The notes under the pieces: generated by a model | What the model was told of the DNA's origin: nothing | What the model saw: the letters and a program-made list of their open reading frames with translations, nothing else | Databases searched by the model: none | Program-made: the position numbers and the translations under genes | Shown here: positions 19,809-29,810 of the stretch, one piece after another | Layout: the number at the start of each line of letters is the position of its first letter | How positions within the stretch are numbered: position 1 is the first letter of the stretch | Assembly: GCA_041649135.1 (NCBI GenBank) | Contig: JBAZNQ010000001.1 | Coordinates: 291,037 to 355,036, forward strand | Source of the DNA: Patescibacteria group bacterium | Lineage (GTDB): Bacteria > Patescibacteriota > Kazan-3B-28 | DNA: 64,000 nt | Direction: 5' to 3'

Positions 19809-20843
19809 CTATGCCACTGCGCCGAAGGTTGCATTGACTCTCTGCATCTTCTCCAACAACTCAAGCCCCATTTTAGGAGACCAGTGCCGCACGAAGCGCA
19901 AGATAGTCTCCTCGATTGGTACCGTCGCATACCCCGAGAACCTCGCCTTATCTGATTCTTTGAGAATCAACTCCTTTAGGACGTCCTCATCAGAATTGCA
20001 ATGTGACCAGTCCAGCGCCAGCACTCCAGATAAAAACTGATCGATGATCTCGCATCGCTCATCCCACAGCTGACACTCCAGCTGATATCGCTCTTCCGAA
20101 AAGAACCCCGACTTCAGTAGCCGTTCTAGCCTTTCGTGTCTGAGGTAAAGGTTCTCAATCATAGCCTCCAGAACTCCGAGAGCTTCTTTGGTTGGACCCA
20201 AATCATAGCGCCCCATGCAACCACCGATAAGACGGTTGCGCGTTATCCGGTCCGCTACGTTGGTCTGTACATCGTACAATGTTCCCAACCCTTTAAGTTG
20301 AGCGTAAACACTTCGCCTCAACTCCGCTCGACGCACATCAGCTTGTGTTCGAAGCTCCTCACGATACTCTCCAAATAGAGAGTGTTCCAACCAGAACATG
20401 CGTTTCGGCAACACCGAACGGCTGGCCTGTGCCACGCGCACTGGACCAGTATTGCGTAGTTCTGGATAGTCTTCTTGTTGAATCGCTTCAACCTCAAGTC
20501 CCATCCACGTATCCTCAGAGATGGACACGCCATGTGTACACCGAGCCTCTAACGCAAATCGGCGTCCGACTGTGTAGGTCAGCACGACCCCAACATCCCC
20601 TGTTGACATCAGCTGGTTACACTCGTTAAAATCCTCATCACGACCCGGTGGCGTTGTGCCAGTATATTCATCTCGTCCAGTTCGGACAATCCGACAGTTA
20701 TCGCCATCTGGCATTGGCTCCGGACAGAGAGCTATACATCGGCCGATCTTCACACCCCGCACTCCTACAGGCTCGGATGTTGCTCTCATCACTGCGACGG
20801 CGGCTCGCCTTGCGATGCCACCCGCCTCATCGTAATCAAACAC
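19809..20843 (-). CDS. Hypothetical protein (344 aa)
   Basis: Long ORF; GGAAGGTG RBS; terminator tgcccgagtg...cactcgggca at 19745-19776. Confidence 0.7.
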   Translation of the reverse strand: MFDYDEAGGIARRAAVAVMRATSEPVGVRGVKIGRCIALCPEPMPDGDNCRIVRTGRDEYTGTTPPGRDEDFNECNQLMSTGDVGVVLTYTVGRRFALEARCTHGVSISEDTWMGLEVEAIQQEDYPELRNTGPVRVAQASRSVLPKRMFWLEHSLFGEYREELRTQADVRRAELRRSVYAQLKGLGTLYDVQTNVADRITRNRLIGGCMGRYDLGPTKEALGVLEAMIENLYLRHERLERLLKSGFFSEERYQLECQLWDERCEIIDQFLSGVLALDWSHCNSDEDVLKELILKESDKARFSGYATVPIEETILRFVRHWSPKMGLELLEKMQRVNATFGAVA

Positions 20844-20929
20844 GTCAAATCACCTTCCTTATATGGATTTGTTAAAGAGCTGATGCCCTATTCTGACACA
20901 CAGATATAACCACAAGCAATAGCCCTTTG

Positions 20930-22138
20930 CTACTTTATTTTTTCAAACCCACAGTAATCCTGCAGGGCTTCAGGGATTTTTATACTACCATCTCCCTGCT
21001 GATGATTTTCTAGTAGTGCCACCAATAATCTCCCAACCGCCACACCCGTCCCATTCAGCGTATGCACAAATTCAGATTTACCGTCTTTATTCTTAAATCG
21101 GATATTCGCCCGTCTCGCCTGCCAGTCGGTACAGTTACTGCAGGAATGAGTTTCGCGAAATCTTTTTTGTGATGGTATCCAACTTTCCAAATCGATCGTC
21201 TTAGCCGCTGACATCCCCAAATCCCCTGCTGCCAGCAAAACTTTTTGATATGGAATTTCTAATTTCTGTAAAATCTCTTCCTGAAGTCCCACCAAAAATT
21301 CATGTTCTTTTTCAGACTCTTCTGGTGCTACAAACGAGAACAATTCGATCTTGTCGAATTGATGCGTGCGAATAATTCCTTTTACATCTTTGCCATAAGA
21401 ACCGGCTTCTCTGCGAAAACAAGTTGAAAAACCAGCATACCGTTTTGGCACATCAATAATTTCGTCTAGGTGATATGCCAAAATACTTTGTTCAGCTGTT
21501 CCGTTCAAATACAGATCGTCTTGGGTTTTATAAACTTCATCTTTTGCCTTGCCTAAATATCCACCCGCCATCATCGCTCTCTCGGACAGCAACTGCGGCC
21601 CCACCAAAAACTCAAATCCGTTTTTGCCAGCAATATCCAATACAAAATTCACCAGAGCGAATTCTAATTGCACCGCTTGGTTTTTTAAATAGTAAAATCT
21701 CGCGCCGGACGCTTTCGCCCCGCGCTCGATATCCAAAATGTTTAAGCTCTTGCCCAGTTCAATGTGATCTTTGGGATTTTTAATTTTTCTAGATTCACCC
21801 CAACTCCCCACCACCTTGCCGTCATCCTCACCACCATCCGGCACATCTATCATTGGTAAGTTTGGCAATTCACCCGACATTTGTTCCAAGCTCTCTTCCA
21901 AGTCTTTCAGCTTTTTCTCTTGCTTACCTAATTCCCCACCAATCTTCTTTCCCGCTGGAATATCTTTTGCTCTAGCAGCTGCATTTTTATCTGCCCGTAA
22001 GGTTTCAACACTCTGTAAAATCGTAGAATATTCATCCCACTCCTTGACCAGCTTATCTAAATCAAACTTCGCCCCCTTGCGCTTCAGCCCTTTCTCCCAC
22101 TCCTCCAAATTGTTTTTAATCAGTTTAAAATCCAACAT
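20930..22138 (-). CDS. serS: Serine--tRNA ligase
   Basis: GTAEQ, CFRREAG, HQFDKIE, SCSNCTDWQARR, HTLNGT. Confidence 0.98.
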   Translation of the reverse strand: MLDFKLIKNNLEEWEKGLKRKGAKFDLDKLVKEWDEYSTILQSVETLRADKNAAARAKDIPAGKKIGGELGKQEKKLKDLEESLEQMSGELPNLPMIDVPDGGEDDGKVVGSWGESRKIKNPKDHIELGKSLNILDIERGAKASGARFYYLKNQAVQLEFALVNFVLDIAGKNGFEFLVGPQLLSERAMMAGGYLGKAKDEVYKTQDDLYLNGTAEQSILAYHLDEIIDVPKRYAGFSTCFRREAGSYGKDVKGIIRTHQFDKIELFSFVAPEESEKEHEFLVGLQEEILQKLEIPYQKVLLAAGDLGMSAAKTIDLESWIPSQKRFRETHSCSNCTDWQARRANIRFKNKDGKSEFVHTLNGTGVAVGRLLVALLENHQQGDGSIKIPEALQDYCGFEKIK

Positions 22139-22258
22139 CAAACATTTTTAGTTACTTGCCTATTATATCATCGATCCTCCATGTTCCCTGACCTTCGTAG
22201 CCCGAGCAAAGTAGGTTTGGTGAACAAGAACTTCACTTATTCTCTTCTCTAACCACAT

Positions 22259-22287
22259 TTGACAGAAAAGATATTTTATGGTATAAT
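22259..22287 (+). promoter_or_regulatory. Consensus sigma70 promoter
   Basis: TTGACA-N17-TATAAT, perfect consensus, 20 nt before ATG 22308. Confidence 0.85.
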
Positions 22288-22307
22288 GAAGACAAAATCA
22301 AAACAAA

Positions 22308-23123
22308 ATGAACCATTCTTCAAACCCAGAGGGTTATCTCCGCCGTTTCGAAACCGAGAAAGCACCTGAACTCCCTGCCGAGATCAGTTTTATCGAACTC
22401 TTATCCCGAGAAACAAAAGAGTACGGCAAACCGATCGAGCCACAGAGTTTTGTTGCCGCAGGTGTCTACGAACAATCAGCCGTCGATGATGATCAACAAA
22501 AATTAAGAAAACGCATACGCGAACTCCAGGAATCCGGCGAATGGAAATATAGCGGAGAAAGATCACAAGCCATCACCAACCTGCTATTCTTTTTGATTGG
22601 AAGAAAGGAATTACTCAAACCCTCCGACTTGGCTTGGGACATAGTCATCGGATCAGTAACCAGATATGACGATGTTATGCGTGGAACTGATTTAGTCATC
22701 ACGCTTTGTAACTACGAAACTGGTGAAGAAATCCCCATTGCCGTTGACACTACAACGTCTGTAAATGCTACCGTCAAGAAAAAGAAGAACATTGAACGCG
22801 ACCTTGAACAGGGTCACCTCCGAAGATTAAAATACTACACCAGTCCCGTAACCGATAAACCAATCGGCAAACAAGAAATGCCAGCGGTAGTGATCGGGTA
22901 TGAACCAGATAATTTTGAAATTATTGCCATGGAATGGAGCAGACATGGAGACGGAGCAATCAAACGACTCAATCTCGAAAACAGTATTCGACAGGAGATT
23001 GTCCGACAGCTCACTAGCCAATTGCTAGCACTAGATGAATTAACACCAGAAGACTCCCGCCCTCGTCTCGCCGAAAAACTCCAGCGGCTGATTGACCTGT
23101 TGGCGCCAGTCGAAGAAAACTAA
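22308..23123 (+). CDS. Hypothetical protein, possible PD-(D/E)xK fold
   Basis: YDDVMRGTDLVI...IAVDTT pattern; own consensus promoter; opposite strand to neighbours. Confidence 0.7.
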   Translation: MNHSSNPEGYLRRFETEKAPELPAEISFIELLSRETKEYGKPIEPQSFVAAGVYEQSAVDDDQQKLRKRIRELQESGEWKYSGERSQAITNLLFFLIGRKELLKPSDLAWDIVIGSVTRYDDVMRGTDLVITLCNYETGEEIPIAVDTTTSVNATVKKKKNIERDLEQGHLRRLKYYTSPVTDKPIGKQEMPAVVIGYEPDNFEIIAMEWSRHGDGAIKRLNLENSIRQEIVRQLTSQLLALDELTPEDSRPRLAEKLQRLIDLLAPVEEN

Positions 23124-23327
23124 ACAGGGCAGACTACTTGTCTACCCTGTCGTGATGGTACGGCCCGATATCAATCGGGCGAACTTCTCTGGGGATAATC
23201 CCCAGCAACTCCAGAAACCATCTGACCATTCCAGCCAGAAAGTTAAAACAGTTATACATTCCCGCCTCCAAAAACCGACCCCCAGACTACCTTATCTGGT
23301 GGTTTATGTCAACCCCCACTTCCTATT

Positions 23328-23566
23328 GTCATTCCGACTGTCCTATTTCGTCATTCCCGCGAAGGCGGGAATCTAGACAAAAACAGAAACATTTTTATTT
23401 TTCTTTTCTGGATTCCCGCCTTCGCGGGAATGACGAGGTATTTGTTTTGGTGACGAGCTATTTGTTTTGGTGTTGATTCATGATTTGTAATTTTGTATTT
23501 GTTTAGTATTTCGGATTTAGAATTTCGTGCTTACTTCCCTAATTCCTAACCCCTAATCCCTAACTC
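23328..23566. repeat. REP palindrome pair plus heptamer arrays
   Basis: gtcattcccgcgaaggcgggaatc...gattcccgccttcgcgggaatgac; gtttagtatttcggatttagaattt; cctaattcctaacccctaatccctaact. Confidence 0.8.
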
Positions 23567-25036
23567 CTACTTCTCCTTCACGAACGGGAACAGCACTGCC
23601 TCCCGAATTGAATCAGTATCAGTCAGGATCGCCGTCAGTCTATCTATCCCCATTCCCCAACCAGCTGTGGGCGGCATACCGTATTCCAACGCCTTCACAA
23701 ACTCTCCATCCATCGAGTGCGCCTCGGCGTCACCCTCTTTCTTCAATTTGGTCTGGGCTTTAAATCTCTCCCTCTGGTCAATCGGATCATTTAGCTCCGA
23801 AAAAGCATTTACGATCTCCATCCCACAAACCACTAGCTGAAAACGTTGAACTTTGTTGGCGTCATCATCTTTCTGTTTTGCCAACGGTGACAAATCCAAT
23901 GGATGATCGGTCAAAAAGATCGGATCCTTCAAATGCGGTCGCGCCGTTTCTTTGTACAGCTCATCAATTAATTTTCCGCGTCCTGCCTTACCCGCATAGT
24001 TCAATTTAATTTTTTTACGTTTAATTTCTGCCTGCAATGCTTCAGCTGTTAAAAACTGATCGATATCAATATCGGCATATTGTCTAATCAGTTCTCGAAA
24101 AGTTTTTCTTGGCCACGGAGTTTTGAAGTTTAATGTTGCATCCCCATATTTCACTTTGGTTGTTCCCAAAGCTTGCTTCAAAACGTCAGTAAACATCTCT
24201 TCCGTCATCTTCATCAAATCTTCATAAGTCGCATACGCCTGATAAAACTCCAGCATGGTGAAATCCTGTAAGTGTTGGGTGGAAACTCCCTCATTTCGAA
24301 ATACTCTGGCAAATTCGAACACTTTCTCAAACCCCCCGATGATTAACCTCTTCAAATACAACTCCGGTGCGATCCGCAAATACACATCTGCGTTGGTCGC
24401 ATTGTAATGAGTCTTAAATGGCGTCGCGAGCGCCCCTCCGGGAAGTGGCTGTAAAGCCGGTGTATCAACTTCAATGTAATCCCGTTTCAATAAGAATTCT
24501 CTGATCGCTTGAACCAATTTATGTCGAATCATAAATCGTTCTTTGACTTCCGAGTTGAACAACAAATCTAAATATCTTTGACGGAATCTTGATTCTTGAT
24601 CGCTCAATCCATGCCATTTTTCTGGTAATGGCCGCAAAGATTTTGTTAGAACTGTTAGTTTACTAACCGCTACCGTTTTCTCGCCCTTCTTCGTTAGCAT
24701 CGGTAGTCCACGAACCTGCACAATATCGCCGATGTCTAATAAACTTAAATCTTTGTAGGCAGGTTCTCCCAACTCATCTTTCTTAAATAAAATCTGGGTT
24801 TCACCATACGCGTCTTTAATCTGACCAAAAGTCAGCCCACCAAATTCTCGCAGAGCCATTAGTCGTCCTGCCAACGATACCACTTTGCCGCCACGTTGAA
24901 GTGTTGGAAACTTCACCACAAACTCATCCACCCGCATTGTGCGAGAAGATTTGGCCGGATAGGGATCCACCCCCTTCTCCCGTAACTTCTTCAGCTTCTC
25001 CAGCCTGTAGGCAATAATCTGGTCAATGCTATCCAC
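23567..25036 (-). CDS. lysS: Lysine--tRNA ligase (class II)
   Basis: YLRIAPELYLKRL, FRNEG, YGMPPTAGWGMGIDRL. Confidence 0.98.
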   Translation of the reverse strand: MDSIDQIIAYRLEKLKKLREKGVDPYPAKSSRTMRVDEFVVKFPTLQRGGKVVSLAGRLMALREFGGLTFGQIKDAYGETQILFKKDELGEPAYKDLSLLDIGDIVQVRGLPMLTKKGEKTVAVSKLTVLTKSLRPLPEKWHGLSDQESRFRQRYLDLLFNSEVKERFMIRHKLVQAIREFLLKRDYIEVDTPALQPLPGGALATPFKTHYNATNADVYLRIAPELYLKRLIIGGFEKVFEFARVFRNEGVSTQHLQDFTMLEFYQAYATYEDLMKMTEEMFTDVLKQALGTTKVKYGDATLNFKTPWPRKTFRELIRQYADIDIDQFLTAEALQAEIKRKKIKLNYAGKAGRGKLIDELYKETARPHLKDPIFLTDHPLDLSPLAKQKDDDANKVQRFQLVVCGMEIVNAFSELNDPIDQRERFKAQTKLKKEGDAEAHSMDGEFVKALEYGMPPTAGWGMGIDRLTAILTDTDSIREAVLFPFVKEK

Positions 25037-25263
25037 CCCGTAGAAGAATTTAGAAAATATATCTTTTTCGTCTGGCGTTGTCCTCTATAACTATTTGATT
25101 ATAGCAGAGGGAAACTTTAACCCAACCCAGAATATTATTGAACCAAAAAGACCTCGCAGAGGTCTACCTCAACTCTTCATCGCAGATCCTTCCGTCGGCA
25201 CGTCAGCCATAGCTTTAGCGACGATGGAAGCTCTAGCGGAGGAGGACTATTAACTTTTAACTA

Positions 25264-25740
25264 TTAACTAACCTTGACGATCGAGTACTCCCGTTCACCT
25301 TCACCAGTTGCCAATTTTACTTTTTCGCCGGCTCGTCGGCCAATCAGGATTCTGCCCAACGGCGATTCATTGGAAATTTTGCCTTCGGCTGGACTCGCCT
25401 CATTGGAACCAGTAATGTCATAAACTACTTCGCGGCCATTAAACTTTACCGTCACTTTAGAACCAACCCTTACTTCACCGCCGTTAATAGTTTTCCCATT
25501 TTCTTCTTCAATAATCTTGGCAGTTTTTAAGATCGCCTCAATTTCTTCCACCCGACCTTCAATAAACGCCTGACGGGTTTTGGCTTCTTGATATTCCGCA
25601 TTTTCAGACAAATCACCAAATTCCCGCGCTTCGCGGATTTTTTGAGTCACCTCAACTCTCTGATGCTGAAGCTCAACCATCTCCTCTTGCAGCTTGGCCA
25701 AACCTTCTCGCGACAGATAAAGTTCTTGTACGTCCATCAT
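25264..25740 (-). CDS. greA: Transcription elongation factor GreA
   Basis: GDLSENAEY and ISNESPLG motifs. Confidence 0.97.
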   Translation of the reverse strand: MMDVQELYLSREGLAKLQEEMVELQHQRVEVTQKIREAREFGDLSENAEYQEAKTRQAFIEGRVEEIEAILKTAKIIEEENGKTINGGEVRVGSKVTVKFNGREVVYDITGSNEASPAEGKISNESPLGRILIGRRAGEKVKLATGEGEREYSIVKVS

Positions 25741-25843
25741 CTTATAAATTTATTGCGCCCACCCTTCCTAGGGCAGGCACAAGTTGAATTATAGGGGAAC
25801 CTTCGTTTGTGTCAATATGGGTGAAAAATCAGCTATAGGCCTG

Positions 25844-26644
25844 TCATTTTTTGGCTAAATTCAGCAAGTTCCCCAGCAGACTAATTACCGTCATCGGACC
25901 AACCCCACCGGGTACTGGAGTAATATAGTCTGCCTTTTTTGCTACCGTAACAAAATCACAGTCGCCTTTCAACTTGCCTTTTACTTGGCTCACACCAGCG
26001 TCCACCACTACTGCTCCAGTCTTAATTTGTGAACCCTTAATCAAACCAGCCCGACCCACCGCCGTAATCACAATATCAGCCTGCTTCAGCTCCGCCCAAT
26101 TTTTGGCACCTTTTTGTAACACCACTACTGGATTACCAGCTCTGACAAAATGCAAACTCAATGGCAAATTTAACAAACGAGTAAATCCCACCAAACCAAT
26201 CCGCTTGTCTCGCCAGTCGATTTTATACTCCTTCAATAACGCCAAAATTCCCGCGGCAGTAGCTGGTAATACTTTACCCGACAAAATATTCTCATCCGTT
26301 AAACCATCAACATCTTTTTCCGGCACAACCGCGTTAACGATCACATCTGTGTCCAAACCTTTTGGCAAGGGCAACTGAACGATTATCCCAGCAATTCTTT
26401 TGTCATCATTCAGCTGATGAATTTTTGCTATCACCACTTTTGTCGAACTACTCGCCGGCAATTTGACTAATTCAAACTTCACTCCCAGCTTTTCTGCCAA
26501 CTCTTTTTTCTTTTTCAGATATAACACCGATGCCGGATTATCCCCCACCAATACTGCCACCAATTTTCCGACATTTTTAAATTTGCCCGCCGATCTGCGA
26601 GCCATTTTATCCGCCAACCTCCTTCCATCTAATAGAATAGTCAT
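25844..26644 (-). CDS. folD: Methylenetetrahydrofolate dehydrogenase/cyclohydrolase
   Basis: VQLPLP, EKDVDG, TPVPGGVGPMT; start trimmed to MTILLDG because the ORF extension is repeat-derived. Confidence 0.95.
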   Translation of the reverse strand: MTILLDGRRLADKMARRSAGKFKNVGKLVAVLVGDNPASVLYLKKKKELAEKLGVKFELVKLPASSSTKVVIAKIHQLNDDKRIAGIIVQLPLPKGLDTDVIVNAVVPEKDVDGLTDENILSGKVLPATAAGILALLKEYKIDWRDKRIGLVGFTRLLNLPLSLHFVRAGNPVVVLQKGAKNWAELKQADIVITAVGRAGLIKGSQIKTGAVVVDAGVSQVKGKLKGDCDFVTVAKKADYITPVPGGVGPMTVISLLGNLLNLAKK

Positions 26645-26683
26645 AAATCTCACCAATCTAACCAATTTTCCCAATCTCACCAA

Positions 26684-27037
26684 TCAAACAGAGACAACAT
26701 TAATGTATTTTCTTTTTATCGTAGCCAGAATTCTTGTAATCTCATCAGATTCAATTGCCAAGGGCTGAAGCTCACCATGTCTGGATAATAATAGCCCAAT
26801 CCAGTATCGAGACTCTTTCGCCTCTTTTAATGCGATCGCTAAGCGATTAATAAAATCTTTTTTAGACACCGATTCACTTGCCTCCATCATATTCGCCCCC
26901 ACAGAAGTCGCCGATCTCACCAACTGAATAACCATTACTCGATCAATATAATCAGGCCTCATCCCACGTAATATTCCAACTGCCATTTCGGAAAATTTGA
27001 CACAACGAACATAAATATCTTTATCTAATTCCCCCAT
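26684..27037 (-). CDS. Four-helix-bundle protein (23S rRNA IVP / bAvd-like family)
   Basis: QLVRSATSVGANMMEASESVSKKDFINRLAIALKEAKESRYW. Confidence 0.92.
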   Translation of the reverse strand: MGELDKDIYVRCVKFSEMAVGILRGMRPDYIDRVMVIQLVRSATSVGANMMEASESVSKKDFINRLAIALKEAKESRYWIGLLLSRHGELQPLAIESDEITRILATIKRKYINVVSV

Positions 27038-27131
27038 AGAAATCCTTCCTCATTCCCATTGGTAAGATTGTTTAAACTCTGCTTCCCCATTGGTGAGATT
27101 GGTTAGATTGGGAAAATTGGTGAGATTTTAT

Positions 27132-28214
27132 TTATACTGCCTTAAACCAATGCACAATATCACGATAAGTTACCGCGAAAATAAATGCCAACAATAGCAA
27201 GAAACCCAAACTATGGATCCCATTCTCCCACTGCCTACTGATTTTCTTTCCTCCTCGCGAAATCTCTAAAATCAAAAATACTAGCCGTCCGCCGTCTAGT
27301 GCTGGGAACGGTACGATATTGATCACTCCCAAATTAACACTCAAAAAGATAATTAACTGTAATGTGTACATCCAACCTAGCTTTACCGCCTCACCGGTAA
27401 TCTTGGCAATTCCTACTGGTCCTGTTACCGCCTCTTGAATTGAAGCCGTCGTAAACAATTGCACAATTACCCCCACCAATACTGCCACGATCTGCTTGAA
27501 CATCAGTAATAAATCAACCAACGCCACGTATGGTACTTGCCACCAGACATACGAAACTCGACTTAATACCTCATCGACCAATACGCCGATCATCCGCCGA
27601 TCATCTGATAACTTCGTCGGTACTGCCAAAGCCACCTCTTCACCCTCACGATCAATTACCAATTTGGCTGTATTGCTGCTATTGGTTTCTGTCTGCAATT
27701 CCGTCGATGTCGCGATCGCCTTGCCATTAATACTGACAATAATATCGCCACTCTTCACACCCGCTTGTTCTGCTGGTGAATCCTTCACCAGATCCAACAC
27801 CACTACCCTAGAATCAAATTCGCTACCAGAAAATTGTTCCAAATCTGCCACGATTGGTGCCATTCCCAACCAAAACCCGATCATCAATAACACATACGCT
27901 AACAAAAAATTCATCAACACCCCGCCGGTAATTACCAGCATGCGTTGACCATAGCTCTTGTGCGGCAAGGCATCCTTTTCTCGCCCATGCTCACCATCTT
28001 CGCCTTTCAGTCGGACAAACCCGCCAAATGGAATTAAATTAATTGACCAAATCGTTCCTCCGCGACGCTTGCCCCAAATCCTCGGTGGCAAACCCAATCC
28101 GAATTCTTCTATCTTTACTCCCGCTCTCCGTGCCGCAAAATAATGCCCACATTCGTGCACCAGCACCAATAGGCTAAAAATTAAAACAAAAACAATGATA
28201 GTAATGAAAGTCAT
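27132..28214 (-). CDS. rseP: RIP metalloprotease RseP (M50, PDZ)
   Basis: HECGH, NLIPFGGFV, NIVPFPALDGG. Confidence 0.96.
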   Translation of the reverse strand: MTFITIIVFVLIFSLLVLVHECGHYFAARRAGVKIEEFGLGLPPRIWGKRRGGTIWSINLIPFGGFVRLKGEDGEHGREKDALPHKSYGQRMLVITGGVLMNFLLAYVLLMIGFWLGMAPIVADLEQFSGSEFDSRVVVLDLVKDSPAEQAGVKSGDIIVSINGKAIATSTELQTETNSSNTAKLVIDREGEEVALAVPTKLSDDRRMIGVLVDEVLSRVSYVWWQVPYVALVDLLLMFKQIVAVLVGVIVQLFTTASIQEAVTGPVGIAKITGEAVKLGWMYTLQLIIFLSVNLGVINIVPFPALDGGRLVFLILEISRGGKKISRQWENGIHSLGFLLLLAFIFAVTYRDIVHWFKAV

Positions 28215-28226
28215 CTTGAGCTAATT

Positions 28227-28388
28227 AAAAGTTAAAAGTGAATAGTGAAAAGTTGAGGTGTCGCAAGCGACGATTTGTTTATAGTAAGTAATTTCCTTAA
28301 CTGTTCACCATTAACCATTAACTGTTCACTCTTTTTTATAGTAAGTAATCTCCTTAACTGTTCACTATTAACTATTAACTCTTTTTAC
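28227..28388. repeat. Inverted TTTTMAC/TATTMAC-type heptamer arrays with a small hairpin
   Basis: aaaagttaaaagtgaatagtgaaaagtt-ggtgtcgcaagcgac ... ttaactgttcactattaactattaac. Confidence 0.75.
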
Positions 28389-29081
28389 CTATTTTCCGTA
28401 TCTCCGCTCCCTCCCAGCATACCATTCTAGCGCTTTATTAAATTCTTCCCTGGAAAAATCCGGCAAATAAACATCTGGGAAATAAAATTCAGTGTAGGCT
28501 TGCTGCCATAACAAAAAATTGCTCACTCGATGCTCGCCACCAGTCCGAATCATCAAATCAGGATCGGGCATCCCCGCAGAATATAAATTCTCGGCCACTG
28601 CTGTTTCGTCAATTGCTTCAGCCGCCATTCCCCTACTAACGATCTTTTTTATTGCTCGAATTATTTCTGCTCGCCCGCCATAATCCAAGCAAACATTCCA
28701 GACCAAACCAGTATTGCTAGTAGTCTTTTCCAACATCTCTCTAACGCTCTGCTGCATACCTGCTGGAAACTTTTCTAATTGACCGAATAAATTAACTTTG
28801 ACATTTTTCTCGACCAATTGCGGCAAATATTTCCTAAAACCTTGTTGAAAAACAATATTAAACAAGTAATCCAGTTCTTCCGGTATCCGATCCCAATTCT
28901 CTGTCGAAAAAGCATATGTCGTCAGATATTTCACTCCTGCTTCGCTACACCATTGAACCACATCAAAAACCGCATCCAGCCCTCGCAGATGTCCTTCCAG
29001 CGTTGGTAACCCTTGAGCTTTCGCCCACCGTCGATTACCATCCAGCACAAACGAAATATGTTGAGGAATCTGTGTGTTCAC
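28389..29081 (-). CDS. uppS: Undecaprenyl diphosphate synthase
   Basis: LDGNRRWA, YAFSTENW, DPDLMIRTGGEHRVSNFLLWQ. Confidence 0.97.
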   Translation of the reverse strand: MNTQIPQHISFVLDGNRRWAKAQGLPTLEGHLRGLDAVFDVVQWCSEAGVKYLTTYAFSTENWDRIPEELDYLFNIVFQQGFRKYLPQLVEKNVKVNLFGQLEKFPAGMQQSVREMLEKTTSNTGLVWNVCLDYGGRAEIIRAIKKIVSRGMAAEAIDETAVAENLYSAGMPDPDLMIRTGGEHRVSNFLLWQQAYTEFYFPDVYLPDFSREEFNKALEWYAGRERRYGK

Positions 29082-29165
29082 TTGTAGTCTTAATCAGACA
29101 GACCAGAAGTCGCCACAGGCGACCACCACAACTCTTCACTATTCACTATTAACTTTTCACTATCT

Positions 29166-29711
29166 TCACACTGTTTTAATCTCGGTTTCTTTTTGCTTCA
29201 ATAGATCATCAATTTGAGCAACTACGGCATCAATTTTTTCTTGCACTTGTTTCTCTAATCTGGCCTGCTCATCTTCACCAATTAATTTTTCTTTTACCTG
29301 TCCGGCAATCTTGTCCATCACATCCCGTCGTAGATTCCGTACTGACACCTTCGCATTTTCTGCCTTGCCGGAAGCGATCTTCGCTAGTTCACTCCGTCGT
29401 TCTTCTGACAATGGCGGAACATTAATTCTCACCATTGTTCCGTCATTCATGGGATTCAAACCTAAATCAGATTCTTGGATCGCCTTTTCGATCCCCGCCA
29501 AACTGCTCTTGTCCCACGGCTGAATAGCAATTGAACGCGCATCCGGTATCATCACGCTAGCGATTTGCTTAATTGTCATCTTGCTGCCATAGACATCCAC
29601 CGACAGATTTTCTACTAGTCCAGCGCTTGCCCGACCAGTTCGAACACTATTCAGATCCTCCCGAAATATTTCCAGACTTTGATCTAATTTATTTTTTAGT
29701 TCCTCTAACAT
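29166..29711 (-). CDS. frr: Ribosome recycling factor
   Basis: RTGRAS, IQPWD, PPLSEERR, VRNLRR. Confidence 0.97.
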   Translation of the reverse strand: MLEELKNKLDQSLEIFREDLNSVRTGRASAGLVENLSVDVYGSKMTIKQIASVMIPDARSIAIQPWDKSSLAGIEKAIQESDLGLNPMNDGTMVRINVPPLSEERRSELAKIASGKAENAKVSVRNLRRDVMDKIAGQVKEKLIGEDEQARLEKQVQEKIDAVVAQIDDLLKQKETEIKTV

Positions 29712-29810
29712 AGTCTTTTTGCTCTTCTTTATAGATCCTCCATAGTTCTGCTGCCCAGCAGAACGAAGGAGGACTACCTTAACTTTTCACTTTTAACTTT
29801 TAACTTTTCA

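Noticed and set aside
29712-29810. Missing pyrH between tsf and frr
   Set aside because: Loss or relocation is unremarkable in reduced genomes; no remnant is visible.
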